Below are positions 12,664 to 27,286 of a DNA stretch of 64,000 nucleotides, one piece after another (the stretch's first letter is position 1; every line of letters begins with the position of its first letter). The notes beneath the pieces are model-generated. The model searched no databases and was not told the origin of the DNA. It worked only from the letters and a program-made list of their open reading frames with translations. Made by a program: the position numbers and the translations under genes. The stretch is from Octopus sinensis (taxonomy: Eukaryota): NCBI RefSeq assembly GCF_006345805.1, contig NC_042997.1, forward strand, positions 70,184,001-70,248,000, in the 5' to 3' direction.

Positions 12664-12978
12664 CACACATTTAAGTATGTATGTATATATGCTTATGAGT
12701 GTTCAGAAACATGAACTAAATATAATGACCATAATTATAGCTTTTTTTTAAACTTGGTATTATTCACTTTTTGACATAGATATAGACACAAATATAGATA
12801 CACATAGTTCAGTCAAAGGGAATTCGCTCAAAAAATGCTGAAACCAGGAAAGCGTTGGAATAAGCAAGGTTGACGATGAAATATTACGCAAGCTAACTGA
12901 AGAAATATTAATAACGTTAAATAGATATACAGATAAAGCAGCGATAGGGAGTTTGAAGTAGTTTGCTATATAATATAT

Positions 12979-13062
<84 letters not shown>

Positions 13063-13784
13063 CAGATATAGATATATCAAAACACTCCAAATCGTTGTAT
13101 ATGTGTGCGTGCGCGCGCTCGTATGTTAATATACGCTCACATAACCTTGTAAAGACTACCACATAACCTTGTAAAGACTGCATATGTATCCGATATCCAA
13201 CATGCATGGATTCTTCACTTCTGAAAGAGAAACTCTTCCTTTGACTCCTTTCATCGTCGGCTGTCTCTGACCAGTCGTGGCAATGTAGGTCCAGGTAGCG
13301 GCTGAGATCATCTCACCATCTTTTCTTTGGTAGGCCTTTTGATCTGCGGGATAGCGTTCTGGGGAAGCTCCCTTCATACGCACGGAAGTTTTAAAAAACA
13401 CCTGTATGTCAGAGACCAGGCAAAACTCGCTTTGGAAGCATCGAGGATGAAAGATAGCGATATGTCGTCATTATTGTAGCTTATCAATATCATATTCTTG
13501 GATCATCTCGAAAAGAATTGAATCTTTGCTCTATAACCTATATGCAAATAAAATGCAATCTATTTGCTGATGTGCTGCGGTGTAACACATATGAAAGTAA
13601 ATTGGATTACAAATTAAAAGCATTTCTTATAATTTAAACATTATCCATTCGTTGGTGATTCCCATTTCTGGGTCGATAAGATAAGTACAAGTTGTGCAAT
13701 GGGGTCGAATACATCGACTAACTGTGTGCCTCGATGTTGCTGACCATGTGCCAAAATTCGAAACTGATATTACTCTCTTTGAAT

Positions 13785-13996
13785 GCGGTGGGATGGCAGA
13801 ATTGTAAGTACGTCGGGCAAAATGTGTAGCAGCATTTCGTCCTTCTTAACGTTCTAATTTAAAATTCGGCCCATGTCAACGCTGGTTTCATCCTTTCAGT
13901 ATCGATGAAATAAGTATCAGTTGAGCCGTGGGTGCCAATGTAATCGTCTTATCTCCTCCCCTCATTGTGGTGATCTTGTGCTAAAGTTTGAAACCA
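13785..13996 (+). mobile_element. SINE family A copy
   Basis: gcggtgggatggcagaattgtaag...gttctaatttaaaattcgg...tcatcctttc...tcgatgaaataagtatcagttgag...tttgaaacc is the reverse-complement homolog of 20,940-21,143. Confidence 0.6.
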
Positions 13997-14253
13997 ATGT
14001 TTCTCTCTTTGTTTCTCATGCTATATCTCTAACTATATATTTCTGTATATATGTATGCTAACTACATGGAAGCTTTCCAGCATGGCAGATGGCAGTGGGT
14101 TTAGAACAGTTTGCAAAACCTCTTTTTATTTCGCCTATATATATATATATGTACACGGACACACGTTCACACATACACATATTATAGCACACACAGACGC
14201 ATTTGTATGTGCGTGTGTATATGGGTAATTATGCGCATGTCTGTGTATGTATC

Positions 14254-14318
<65 letters not shown>

Positions 14319-15316
14319 ATATGTATATGTGTGCGTGCGCGCGCTCGTATGTTAATATACGCTCACGTAACCTTGTAAAGACTGTCAAACTAAACTAACT
14401 GATATACGATTGATGGTATCAATGGTATTCTATCTTCATGGTTGTTATTTTTATATATTTGCCCTGAAATTTTTGTCGTTAGAAAAATTTCGCGTCGACC
14501 GCCAATCTGATAGCAACTCATACACTAATTTCACCACTTCCCCATTAACACAATTTGCAACTAGCCTATATAAGTCAGAATATTATTGACCCACATTTTT
14601 AGCCATATATCACAAATTGTTTGCACTCTTTTTAATGTCTATATTGTGTGAATGTCACCGGGTTAAATGTTTATAGAAGTCTCACAGCATTTCTAAGCCA
14701 AGTATTTTGAAATTTTTATAACCCACCCAATCCGAAAAAACAACATACTGGAAACTACCTTGAGAACGTCAAATCAGTTTTTCAAGTCATTTTGACATAT
14801 TCTCTAGAATAATTCTGTAAAAATTGGAAATTCCACATATACATTGAATGGAGTGCAATACACTTCTCACATCTCTGATGTTAATAATGCAAACTTGGCC
14901 TCTCTGTATCTAAGACTGCTGGAGTTGGTTTGGAAATTGTATGCCTCAAAACTGTGTTTATCGTTAATGAAATGCTTTTACTGACTCTCCATCAATGTAA
15001 AATCTTGCTTCTGTCGACTGTTATTCTGAAATATCAGCATTCACACTGTAAACTGAACAACTTGTCTTGACACTTATGTGAAAACAAAAAACACTAAACG
15101 TTCAAAGTTTAATTTTCGTTATATATCTTATTGGTGGGCAAGGCACTGTAAGCAATTTCTGTATAAACTGGAGTAGACCCTTGACATTCGTAACGCGGTC
15201 CTCTACAGAGCATCACAATTTGAGATATGTAATGGGCAGGTGTAGATTTATGCATGAATATGTCTACGACTAATAATGTAATCAGTAGTTTGTAATAAAT
15301 ATACATCATAATATAT

Positions 15317-15351
<35 letters not shown>

Positions 15352-16140
15352 ATATGTGTGTAAGTATGTATGCATGTATGTATGTGTATGTATGTGTGAA
15401 TGTAGGGCGAGTGTGTATGCATGCATGCGCGTATGTGCGCCTTAGAGGTAGAAATACTTGGATTAGTGTCTGACGGCGCTATATGACTATTGGAAATGAT
15501 TCCCACCCCACATCCTGGTCTTTGTGAAGGCATCCCTCTTGGAGCAGCTAATTCCTCTGTAAAACTCAGTGCTCCGTTGAACCGGGTATCTTGCACTTTG
15601 CCTGTCACTGGCTTCTTTGCATTGTTAGTGAATCTTTGTGGTAACATACAAACGGTATTCGATTTAAAACCCTTGCATGGGTACTGCTGACACAAGTTGC
15701 GATGGTCATACTTGTGTAACGAGTAGACAACCATCATATATCTATATATGATAACCCTTAACACTGCTAAGTACAGTAGCCAACTTACGACTAAAGTGGA
15801 AATCGTTTGGATAATAATGATATATGTTATATTGTAACTTCTTACTGTATGGACTGAGATTCCTGTTGACAGGCCCCTGGTTTTAAATAACGTGTAACAT
15901 GATATGCAAATTAGTTTCCCCAGTTTGTTGAACTACTGTATATGTTATGTATACAAACAGATTGGCTGCTTGTTTCTAGGAGGTTGTCCAAATCCATGTA
16001 GATACTTCTGATGAGAACCCAATAACCTTCGAAAATCGATTAAGATTGGTCATCATTTTTTACAATCTACGGAGAAATATATGGATTAGTACTGTTTATA
16101 CATCTGTTATATGTATTACACACGCTCACACAACACACAC

Positions 16141-16171
<31 letters not shown>

Positions 16172-16261
16172 TGTATGTATGTATGTATGTATGTATGTAT
16201 GTATGTATGTATGTGTGTATGTATGTATGTATGCATGTATGTATGCATGTATGCATGTATA

Positions 16262-17067
16262 TATGAAGTCACTTGCAAAAGATCTCCATGTGTCAGATGG
16301 AACAGTCGGAAATGTTGTCACGAAGACATCAGATATAAGACTTATATGATGAGGAAAAGTCAATTTGTCAGAAAAGGCAAAACGAAAATCACTACATTAG
16401 ATCCAAAAGGCTCTTAAACAAACTGAAAAATCCAGCAAAAGAAGATTTGATTTGGTTTTTCCCAAACGAGAAAAACTTCGATCAAGATCAAAAAGTTAAC
16501 AGAAGAAATGACAGGTGGTTGGTGCAGACCCTTCTGAAGTTCCAGCTGCTATGCATACAACATTTCTTGCAACTGTCATGGTTTTAGGGGTTGTCAGCAA
16601 TGAAGGACATGTGATGCCTCCTTACTTGTTTCCACAAGGCCTTAGATTTAATTCTGCCGTCTACATTGAGGCCCTGGAAATAATTGTTAAGCCCTGGATT
16701 AACAGTATACGCAATGGAAGGCTATATGTGTTTCCGTAAGACTCTGCACTATCACACATGACTCTACTAACACGGGAATGGATGGCTGAAAATTTACATG
16801 ATCACATAACCCCTAACATTTGGCCTCCTAATTCCCCAGATCTCAATCCATTGGACTATTACATGTGGAACATTGTTGAGAGATAGGTCAATGAACACGC
16901 CCATAACACCACAGATTCTTTGAAAGCTACCATAGCTACCAGAGTAATGTCCAAGAAATGGTTTATTTTTATCCTCATAACATTTTTTGATAAAGTTATC
17001 TTTTATTATATATCTGTTTTTTTTTCTTATAAGTATAAATCTGTCCTCAAATATCTTACACACCCTG
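16262..17067 (+). mobile_element. Decayed Tc1/mariner maT (DD37D) transposon, second lineage
   Basis: MKSLAKDLHVSDGTV..., WFFPNEKNFDQDQKVNRRNDRW, VMVLGVVSNEGHVMPP, DSALSH...IWPPNSPDLNPLDYYMW (D-37-D). The 3' end is cacaccctg+TA. Confidence 0.9.
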
Positions 17068-19267
17068 TATATAATATTGTAGTTAAATACACAAACAAAA
17101 GTAGAGTACTCAATACTGGTAGCACACTAAATTATACGTATATGATGTAAACCTTTTTTATATAATTATATTATATATTTGTTGCATGAGCATTCTTATT
17201 CAAAATAATGCTTCTTCTTTGTTACTCCCACAATACTCTCTCATAAACAGCTATCCAAAGAAAGAAAGGAAGATATAGACGGCTGGATGCCTAAATGTAG
17301 ATAGGTGAATATGCGTAAGTATACATACGCATATGTATGTACAACGATACGATTATTTTTGAAAGATACAGTTTTTGTTATCATGTCTGTTCATTTACTT
17401 ACATATTTCTTACAATAAAATAATTTTAAAGACTTTTCTACCGTGAAACTATCAGAGAAGCCTCAACAAACGTAAATTATGTCATACATGTCAAAAGATA
17501 AATTCTGATATCTTATACTGAAAAAAGTTATAAATAGTTTTTAAAAGGGAATTATTATTGTCTCTTAAATCGTTAAATGACTAGTAATTCTTTAATTTAC
17601 TTCCGAGAGATGAATTGAACTTAGTATCCAAAAGAAACATAGACGCAGTCAAATATCGTAAATTACTTGGTTCTCTAAGAAATATATCATTCACGCACTT
17701 TCGAACCGAAAATAAGTATTTTTAATTTTTCCTAACGAAACAAAGCCTTATAATTTTATTTATTTAATTGTAATTTTATTTATTTATTTGTAATTTTATT
17801 TATTTCTTCATTCGTTTATTTATTTTGTATGAAACCAACTCTAAGACTTTGCTTGTACTATATTTTTGTTTATTTGAACAGTGGAACTTGATTTCAGCAA
17901 TTGTTACATACACACATGACATAACATTTGAGAGGAAGGTGAGAGTCGGTTATACTAACTTTAGTAGATGTACATTAAAAAAAGCCAATGCTCGTCATAC
18001 GTGAGTTCGGAAACGTAATTGAATATTGATTTTGCAAAAATTATAAACTACAATATCCGAACTTTTTATCACACAATATCGAAATTTTGATCGTATAAGA
18101 TAAAGAACCGTAATTAAATCACACCACGCATTTACATCGGCACCCTCACTATCCTGCTGCCGAGACAAAATGTATGGCGAAATCTATCTGAATCATTTGA
18201 TCCCGAAGTGCTGGAGTAGCATGAAACATTCATCACATGAGTATAGAAAGTCAGAAACGTAAAAATGTTGAAAAACTTAAACCAAATGAAATAACAATAT
18301 CTTAAAAGTTCATAAACAAAATGGATCTCGTATATCCACACAGCAGAGTATTCCACCATATATCTATCCTCACCATAGATCAGTGCGCTTGTCACAAGTG
18401 TTATATCAATGGTATTTCCTGACATATGATGTTTTGAGCAGATAAGTGAACAAGAAAATTAAATAAGGCATATATACATACATGCATAGAAACACATATA
18501 AACATATATGCATTCATGTTTCAGAGTGTGAATATCAACACTATTCTTAAAAGTGTGATCGCATTCATTGTTTACGTGATAAATATTTTTGCTTTATTTT
18601 AGTATTTCTTTTCATTATCAGTTACCGTTTCATTTTATTTATTCTTATGGTGGTTTTTTTTTATTATTCACAAAAAAATATCGATACGAAAGCAAATACA
18701 AAAACTAAACAACAAACAAGCTTTCGGACAAAGCAACATTCTTTTCTTAAAACAAACACATGCTTGCTTATCAAGTTTTAGAAGCATCAAAATGTAATCT
18801 GTACGTGAAATCTATAGTGCTGATAAATATATGACTGTTAGAGTAGTTGCATTAAGAAGCATGGAGATTTTTAAACATGTACGTAGATTTAAAGAAATAA
18901 AAGAAACATATGCAAGCTACACAGCTTCAAACGGTGATGAAATTTTTGACCTCCATAAATTCCTAAAAAGAGAGCTATTTGGGGATGTTAGCACGCGAAT
19001 ATTTTCAAGCACTTCTAAAAGTATCAAACAATCTCGGCAACGATACGGTCGCGCACATGTATCATCTTCGTTGTTACCACAATTGTCAAGCATATACATG
19101 CATGCATAATTTTTATACACATATTTTGATACACAAACCCATGCATATATTTATGTATGTTTGTATGTATGTATATACGTACATACGTATGTATGTATGT
19201 ATGTATGTATGTATGTATGTATGTATGTATGTATGTATGTATTTATGTATGTATGAATGTATATATG

Positions 19268-19347
<80 letters not shown>

Positions 19348-19553
19348 GTCTATCTGTCTATCTGTCTATCTATCTATCTGTCTATCTGTCTGTCTGTCTA
19401 TCTGCCTGTCTGTCTGTCTGTCTGTCTGTTTCTCTCTCTCTCTATATATATATATACAGGTAAATTAATAGATGATAGATATATACAGGTGGATAGACAG
19501 ATATATAAACATATATCTATATACCTATATATCCATCTATCTAATTATCTAGG

Positions 19554-19614
<61 letters not shown>

Positions 19615-19809
19615 GATAGATAGATAGATAGATAGATTCTGGAGTTATCTGCTAAGGGCAGCATGGTAACAATAGAGGTGATATTATGCTAAAAGATGAT
19701 GATGATGATGATGATGATGATGATAGTTATCCCTGAAGAGAAGTATGGTGGGATGGAAAACTGAACTGACATCTTACTGAAAAAGCTTGGGCACCCTGGG
19801 TGTCAGCGG

Positions 19810-20575
19810 AGTGATTTTCTTTCTCTGACCTTGATACTTAGGAAACTGAACCTTGGGTACCAATTAAAGGAAAAATCCCAAACAATCAACCACCCTCTCT
19901 TCACGGATGATTTGAAACTGTATGGCAAAGATGAGACACACGTGAGTTCCTTGATAAACACGATCCACTGTTTTAGTACTGATAGAATGGAATTTGGACG
20001 CAAGAAGTGCGGAATAATCTACCTAAAAGAGACAAGGTACAATCCCTAGCAGGGATAGAATTAAGGAATAGAGACTTGATTAAGCAAATTGAAACGGAAG
20101 AATACTAATACCTTGGCACAACACGAATGCAAACGATGCCATGACGATGTGGCACGAAGGATCCATTGGGAGATTTGTGGAAATCACAGCCTACAAAGAG
20201 CAAAGAGGTCGTATGAGAAATCCCCAGAAGGAGTCACTGAAAATGTGAATTGCAAACTCCTGTGGGATATAATGATCCAGTGCGATCACCTAACGAGATA
20301 TAGGAAACCAGACATTATTGTGGCGAATAGCATGCACAGGATCAATGTGAAACAAGAAAAAAATAAACAACTATGGCAAATTTAAGTGGGAAATACGAAG
20401 GTTGAAGAAGATCGGTGCAAGTGTGAAGGTAGAACACCTACAAAAAATCAGCCTTGCTTGGAACTGCAAGAATTCTTCACGGGGTTCTTGAAGCATGACC
20501 AGTAAAAAAGTGTCACCTTGCTGTGGGCAGCTGACACTTTCCATCATACCCAGCAAAATAAGCTGTGATTTATCA
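19810..20575 (+). mobile_element. Deleted R4/Dong-type (REL-endonuclease) LINE fragment ending at (TAA)n
   Basis: INHPLFTDDLKLYGKD...MEFGRKKC (RT), CHDDVARRIHWEICG...LLWDIMIQCD...KPDIIV (REL region) and LLGTARILHGVL, followed by (TAA)n at ~20,580-20,650. Confidence 0.85.
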
Positions 20576-20579
20576 TATG

Positions 20580-20651
<72 letters not shown>

Positions 20652-20869
20652 GAGTCAAAATTAAAAGAAGAGTGCCATTGTCATCTAGTGAACGATATTT
20701 CGACGTCTTGTTTGTCTTTAACAGGTTCAAAAGTTTTGACAAAATTATTTTTTGAAACTGTTGAAGACACAAGATGTCGAAATATCGTTCACTAGATGAC
20801 AATGGACATTCTACTTTTAATTTTGACTCTTTATCTTCTGGAGGAGTTACCTCAATCCTATATATATTA

Positions 20870-20900
<31 letters not shown>

Positions 20901-20939
20901 CGATGACGATGATGATGATGATGATGATGATTGTTTCAA

Positions 20940-21143
20940 ATTTTTTCATAAGGGCATCGGTTTTGGGGTTGGGGATGAGTTGATTGCATCGACCCCAGTG
21001 TTCGACTGATACTTATCTTATCGACTCCGAAAGGGTGAAGTATAAAGTTGACTTCGGTGGAATTTGAACTCAGAACGTAGCGACGGGCGAAATACCGCCG
21101 TGCATTTCGTCCAGCGCGTTAACGATTCTGTCAGATCGCCGCA
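20940..21143 (-). mobile_element. SINE family A copy with (ATC)n tail
   Basis: The minus strand has a tRNA-like head (gcggcgatctgacagaatcgttaacgcgctgg) and a B-box-like gagttcaaattcc. The tail is seen as (GAT)n at ~20,870-20,930. Confidence 0.7.
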
Positions 21144-21158
21144 ATAATAATAATAATA

Positions 21159-21224
<66 letters not shown>

Positions 21225-21237
21225 CGACGACGACGAC

Positions 21238-21307
<70 letters not shown>

Positions 21308-21339
21308 TTGATGATGATGATAATTACACAGAAATCTCA

Positions 21340-22140
21340 GTTCCGATGGATAAGAAGGCCTTTGACAGCATACCGCATTCTTGGATCTTGAAATCACTAG
21401 ATATCTTCAAAATTTCTCCTGTGGTTTCAGACTTCTTGAAGCACAACATCTCAGCATGGATCATCAACCCAACACACTATCCAAAAAATAGCTCTGCTAG
21501 GAACAGCCCACATCGTACGCAAGAAACTATCAATTCAATAATAGAACCTAAAAATCAATCCACAAACAGAAGACACTCTATCTAACAATTATCCAATGAA
21601 ATAAACTACCACCAGCAAGCCTTTAACCAACGCGTTACTCACTCAACTCGCAAAACAAACAGCAGTAGAACAAAAGACTGCACCACATCTCAAAAGAAAA
21701 CCAAAACTGACGCAATACAATACCGAGAAGAGTTTTCACACTCCCAACAACAGAAAAAAATGATGCACACAGCCCAGCAACACAGAGGTGTAGCAGGTGA
21801 TGCAGTAGAAACTTGCCTGAAACAATCAAATGTTCAACAACAAACAGCAAGATGAACAATAATAAAGAAAAAGTAAATAACTATGATGATCTGAAGTGAG
21901 AAATAGAAGAAACAATAAACATCTATGACGATTTGAAGTGAGAAATACGAAGGTTGTGGGCCATGAAGAGAGTGGACATGATACCTCTAGTAACTGGCAT
22001 ACTTGGAGGTATCAACACTCAGTTACCAACATGGCTTAAAAAGATTTGCACAAATGTAATGATAAGACACCTATAAAAATCATCATTGCGTGGAACTGGA
22101 AGAGGTTTCAGCAAGTCTCTTGAAACATGATCAGTAAACA
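21340..22140 (+). mobile_element. Further R4/Dong-type LINE fragments (RT motif and C-terminus)
   Basis: KKAFDSIPHSWILKSLDIFKI at ~21,350-21,450, and YDDLK*EIRRLWAMKRVDMIPLVTGILGGI...GTGRGFSKSLET* at ~21,930-22,130. Confidence 0.75.
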
Positions 22141-22269
22141 CCCACAGGATTTCTGCATGATGTCTGTTATTACATATATTTGATATTTAGATTGAATTCA
22201 TTCCTGCTCCATTCTGATTTAGATTTTCTAAGTATTTCTAATCATATTGGTTTCAAGAATTTGTAGTGA

Positions 22270-22470
22270 GACACGGAAGCCATAATGTGTTGTCGCGGAT
22301 TGGCACAGTTGTGCTTTGGCAACTGTAGCGGTTTGGTAAAAGGTATTGATAGAAAAAAGTATGGGGCCTTAAAAAATAAGTCCTGGGATTGATTTGTTCG
22401 ACTAAAGCCCTTCAAGGCGGTGCCCCAACATGGCCGCATTCAAATGACTGACACAAGTAAAAATGTTAAA
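22270..22470 (+). mobile_element. SINE family B copy (…ggtgccccagcatggcc…atgactga…)
   Basis: It shares gatagaa(t/a)aagtac/t...gactaaa...aaggcggtgccccaacatggcc with 30,905-31,115, 50,020-50,605 and 56,345-56,450. Confidence 0.6.
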
Positions 22471-22989
22471 AAAAAAGTCGAAATGATCTTAATATCACCA
22501 ACCTTCATCTCCCTGTCTCTCCTTCAGAAGCACATGTATCTACACACTCACAGACACCCACCCCACCTACAGTCATACACACACGTATATATCATAAATA
22601 TCTGAGTGTGCGTATTTCTGTGTATGCGTGTGTCTGTGTGTGTGTGTGTGTGTGCGTGCGCGCACGTGTGGTTGTGTTGGAGTAATCGAACATCCCTAAT
22701 TCGAAATAATATTTGACTCCATACATCTGTAGGGATGTTCTGTTGCTAAGTTGAAATTTAATATTCTACGTTGGCCAGAAGATGACACCGCTGGTCACTG
22801 CGAGATATTGAACGCTTATATTACAACAACACACGCGCGTGCACATGCGCATTTCTACGTACATCTATATATCCTTCATAATTATTGAGATCTATGTTGA
22901 TATCAATATCTTTATAAAGTATAGATATTGAAATACACTCCTAATTCTGTATTGTCATTGAAGGTATCCATTTTGATATCAGTAACTGT

Positions 22990-23350
22990 ACGCTATATAA
23001 ATATTACATCGACCCCAGAACTCTACTGCTACTTATTTTATCAACTGCGAATGGATGAAAAGCGAAGTCGACCATCGTGAAATTTGAACTCAGAACATAG
23101 AGACAGACGAAATGTCGCTAAGCATTTTGTTCGGCGCCTTAACGATTCTGACAGCACGCAGCTTTCCTCTAATACAAATATCGGTTTCAAATTTTGACAC
23201 AAGGCAAAACAATTCCACTGGTACTTATTTTATCGATTCCAAATGAATGAAACACAAGGTCGGCCTTGGTGTAATTTGAACTAACAGCGTTATGACAGAC
23301 GAAATGCCACTAGGCATTTTGCCCGGAGTGCTAAAGGTTATGCTAGCTCT
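22990..23350 (-). mobile_element. Two tandem SINE family A copies
   Basis: Two consecutive ...tacttatttt(t)atc...gtcg(a/g)cc...atttgaactc...gacagacgaaatg...gcatttt g blocks. Confidence 0.7.
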
Positions 23351-24730
23351 ATAAAAATATTCAAATATATTGTATACTGTTTATAGATATAGCAGCCATT
23401 GTATATCAGTCCATAGAAAGTGTGTTGATGAATGATGTACTAGCATCGTTCATCAAGACACTGCCTTGCAATGTTATTTTACAAATGTATTGCAGCGTAA
23501 TATTGAAAGAAACCAGTAATTTATTAATACATCACTAATTCTTTTTAATCGAGTTTAAACGCGTCATTCATACAAATTGTTGCATCCTGTTTACTTAGTC
23601 ACTTAGTAACTGTGGGGTTTAAAGCACAATCGACGTAAACAGCTGAACATCTTTGTCGGTGTTGAAATCTCAATACTTTGTTTGGAACTATTGTGGCTCC
23701 AATCACTATTGTTCCTGTCTCTATGAAGATATTGTACATATGTGTGTGTATGTGTGTGTGTGTGTGCATGTACACACATGCACCGCACATGCATGCACAA
23801 TGAAGTATGCGTGTGCGCTTGCGCTTATGCTTCAAAAGGTCTAAAACAACGGCATCACAATGTATCATATTATTTCGTATATTTTAGTGTCGGTGATGAT
23901 CAAATCTATGAAGGTGATCTTCTGTGTGCCTGTAGTCCAACAAGAGAAACAAATAATAAATACATCTGACCTGATTCCGTAGAATTTCCATTTACCAAAT
24001 ATTATTCATAGAGCTATTGAAAGCAATGGTAGAAAAAAAAAGATCTGATGTGTCTTGTGAAGTGAATTGTTCTTGTGTCCTTTTAGGACTAAATTTCAAT
24101 AAAGGCGACATGAATGAATATGTGAATCAAGGAATGAATATATAAATAAGTAAATAGATGATAAATATATATAAAAAAAAGTAAATAAACAAAAACAAAA
24201 TTTTCAAAAATGCATGGGAACTGCCATTTAAGACAATCTGCAAATCTACGCAGGAGGGTTACGTTCAGAGAAACTGAAAGTTGAGAGAAACAAGTTTCGG
24301 TAAAATCTGACTAAAACAACAATTGTAACCTAGAGAACAACAACAAGCACAAGAACAAGTTCAACAACAACAATTTTTTTTTTAAAAAAGCAAGTAAGTT
24401 AGTAAAATAAAATGAAGCAATAACAAAGAAGAAAAGAATGGTTGTGGGTGGAGGCAGAAATAATGAAATGGTGTCATACTTCCTGATTATTTGACCAGAT
24501 GTGTGATTCGAGAGATTTAAACAAGTAGAAAAGTAAATGAACGATTGAATGAACGAAGGAGTAGGCGATGTGAGTAAACGTGTGTCTGCGAGTTTGTATG
24601 TTTGTATGAGTTTATGTGTGTATGTATATGTGTATATATGTATGTATATCTGCATATATGTATGTGTATATAAACGCACACATGTACTTATGCATATATG
24701 CATGTACGTATGTCTCTATATATTTATGTA

Positions 24731-24761
<31 letters not shown>

Positions 24762-25678
24762 GCATGTGAGTATGTATATATGTACGTGTGTTTATATCTT
24801 TCTATGTACGTACATATATATTTGTACGTATGTATGTATATATGTATGTATGTACCTATGTATATCCATGTATGCAGTGTATGTATGCATATATATATAT
24901 ATATATATGTTCGTATGTGTGTACGTATGTATTTATGCATATGTATATGTATGTGTATGTATGTATGTACGAACGTACGTGTGCATGTATGTACGTACAT
25001 ATATGTGTGAATGTATATATGTAGGCATGTACCTATGTATGTCCATGTATACAATATTTATATGAGTATGTGAGTTTGTAAGAAAGATATCAGAAAGGGG
25101 TCTGTGTAGTTGCGTGTTGCGCGCGCGCGTGCGTGAGGGAGAGCGAACGTGTACTTGTGTGAAAGAGACTAGAGTATATGTTTATGTATGGATGCATGTG
25201 TACGTGCGCCTGTGAGAGAATATGGACTGACGTATGATATATGTGCGTGTGTGTTTGTGTTCGTGTGTCTGCGTATGTCTGTGTGTGTGTGTGTCTACGA
25301 GTGTATGTCTATAAGATAAAAGATTATGTACATGCGTAAAATAAACTGGAGTTTGCGCATACGAGAAACAAGTGTGTGTGTGTGTGTGTGTGTGTATGTG
25401 AATAAGAAATATGTGCTTGTATTAATATGAGAATATAGCATGTGTAAGTATTTATGTATGTTTGTGTGTGTGGCTGTGCGTGAATGAATGAATGAATGAA
25501 TGAATGAATGATGAATGGGTAGATAGGTAAATAAATAAATAAAACCTGTTTAAATAGGGATGATTTGGTGTGAAAAATGAACTTCGACAGCCGTGACACT
25601 AACTTCCTCGCCCCGCCAAATACTCTCTTTACCTCGTTCACTCGCTCACTCCTTTACACGCTATTTACCCATCTCTTC

Positions 25679-25731
<53 letters not shown>

Positions 25732-27036
25732 TGTGTACGTGTGTTTGTGTACGGGTGTTTGTGTATATACATATAAACTTACTTGGAAATAGATGCGTGG
25801 CGTTCAGTCATATAATAATATAAGTTATAGTGACGCACTCATATATATACATATATATATATATATGTATATGGAAACACATACACACATGCACACACAA
25901 ACACACATACACACGCGCACACACACACACACACAAAGACAGAGAGGAAACGAGAAGTGCTAAGTAAGGGAAAGAAAGAAAGTATGTGACAGGAAAAGAG
26001 AAAGAAAAGAGAGTGAGAAAGAAATAGAGAAAGAGAGAGAGTTTGTGTGTGTAGAAAAGGGGAGGGTGAAGAGGAATGACCTGCTGTGTTGAAGATGACT
26101 TTTGAGTAAACTTTTTTCCGCCGAATGAAATTACACACGAAAGTTTTTGGGATAGGTGTGAGGTATGTAGAAACAGCATTCAAAGAAAAACTAAAAAATA
26201 ATCAAATGTAAGAAAAGAAAAAAGAACAGCAATGATGATAACAATGATGATGATAATGATGGTGCGAGTAATGATGATACTGAAGAAAAGAAAGTGGAGA
26301 AGTAAATAAATAGAAGAGAAAGGAATGAAGAAGTATGAAACTATCAAATAATAAACATACAAAACTACAACACATACACACGCTCACACACATGTACATC
26401 ACATAAATATACACACACATTTACATACATACATACATACATATATATATATATATATGAACGTATATATATATATACATATATATATAAATACACGTAC
26501 ATATGTGTGCGTTTTTGTGTACATGTGTGTATACATACACACTCACCCCCTACATATATATATACATATGCGTGGTTGTATGTATGTATGTATTCATGTA
26601 TGTATGTGTGTGTGTGTGTGTATGTATTTATTCGTGCATGTATCCCTACCAGCAGTAACTCTACCAGCTATGCAATCTTTACTATTGCCATCATCATCTT
26701 ACTCTTGAGTTATCAACATATCAAGCAGTATTGAGTGCAGTCGATCCCTGTATAGAGTACCGCATTTTATCCTTGAGCAACGTACTTCATTTCCTTTTGC
26801 TCTTGTTCACTTCCCTGAAAACGTGCACTTGCCGCTGGAGATTAATATTGAGATGGAATGATCAGGCTGCCTACTGGCGTCCCGAGACACACTTAAACGT
26901 TTAAACGCTAAAATTTGAAGAGAACTGACTGTAACTTCAGCGGGTGAAGCAAACAAATAAGAGTTCCTTATGGTCAGTATGTTGCCATATATAAGTTCTA
27001 GATCAGTTCTAATTGAGCACACTTATGATCGGGTGC

Positions 27037-27118
<82 letters not shown>

Positions 27119-27286
27119 CATTTTTTGTTAACAAATCCGAAGACTTTGTAAGTCATGGAGAAATATTGATTATGAAAGTCTGTTTTCTTCGTAACTTACA
27201 AAGCCTTCGGGTTTGTTTACAAATATTATATGTAGCATTAGACAGTTATGTATCTATACATATAATTTGGCTTAATTTGATGAGTG

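Noticed and set aside
14550-15800. Non-repetitive island as a decayed protein-coding sequence
   Set aside because: Several frames look vaguely protein-like but contain frequent stops and no identifiable family motif.
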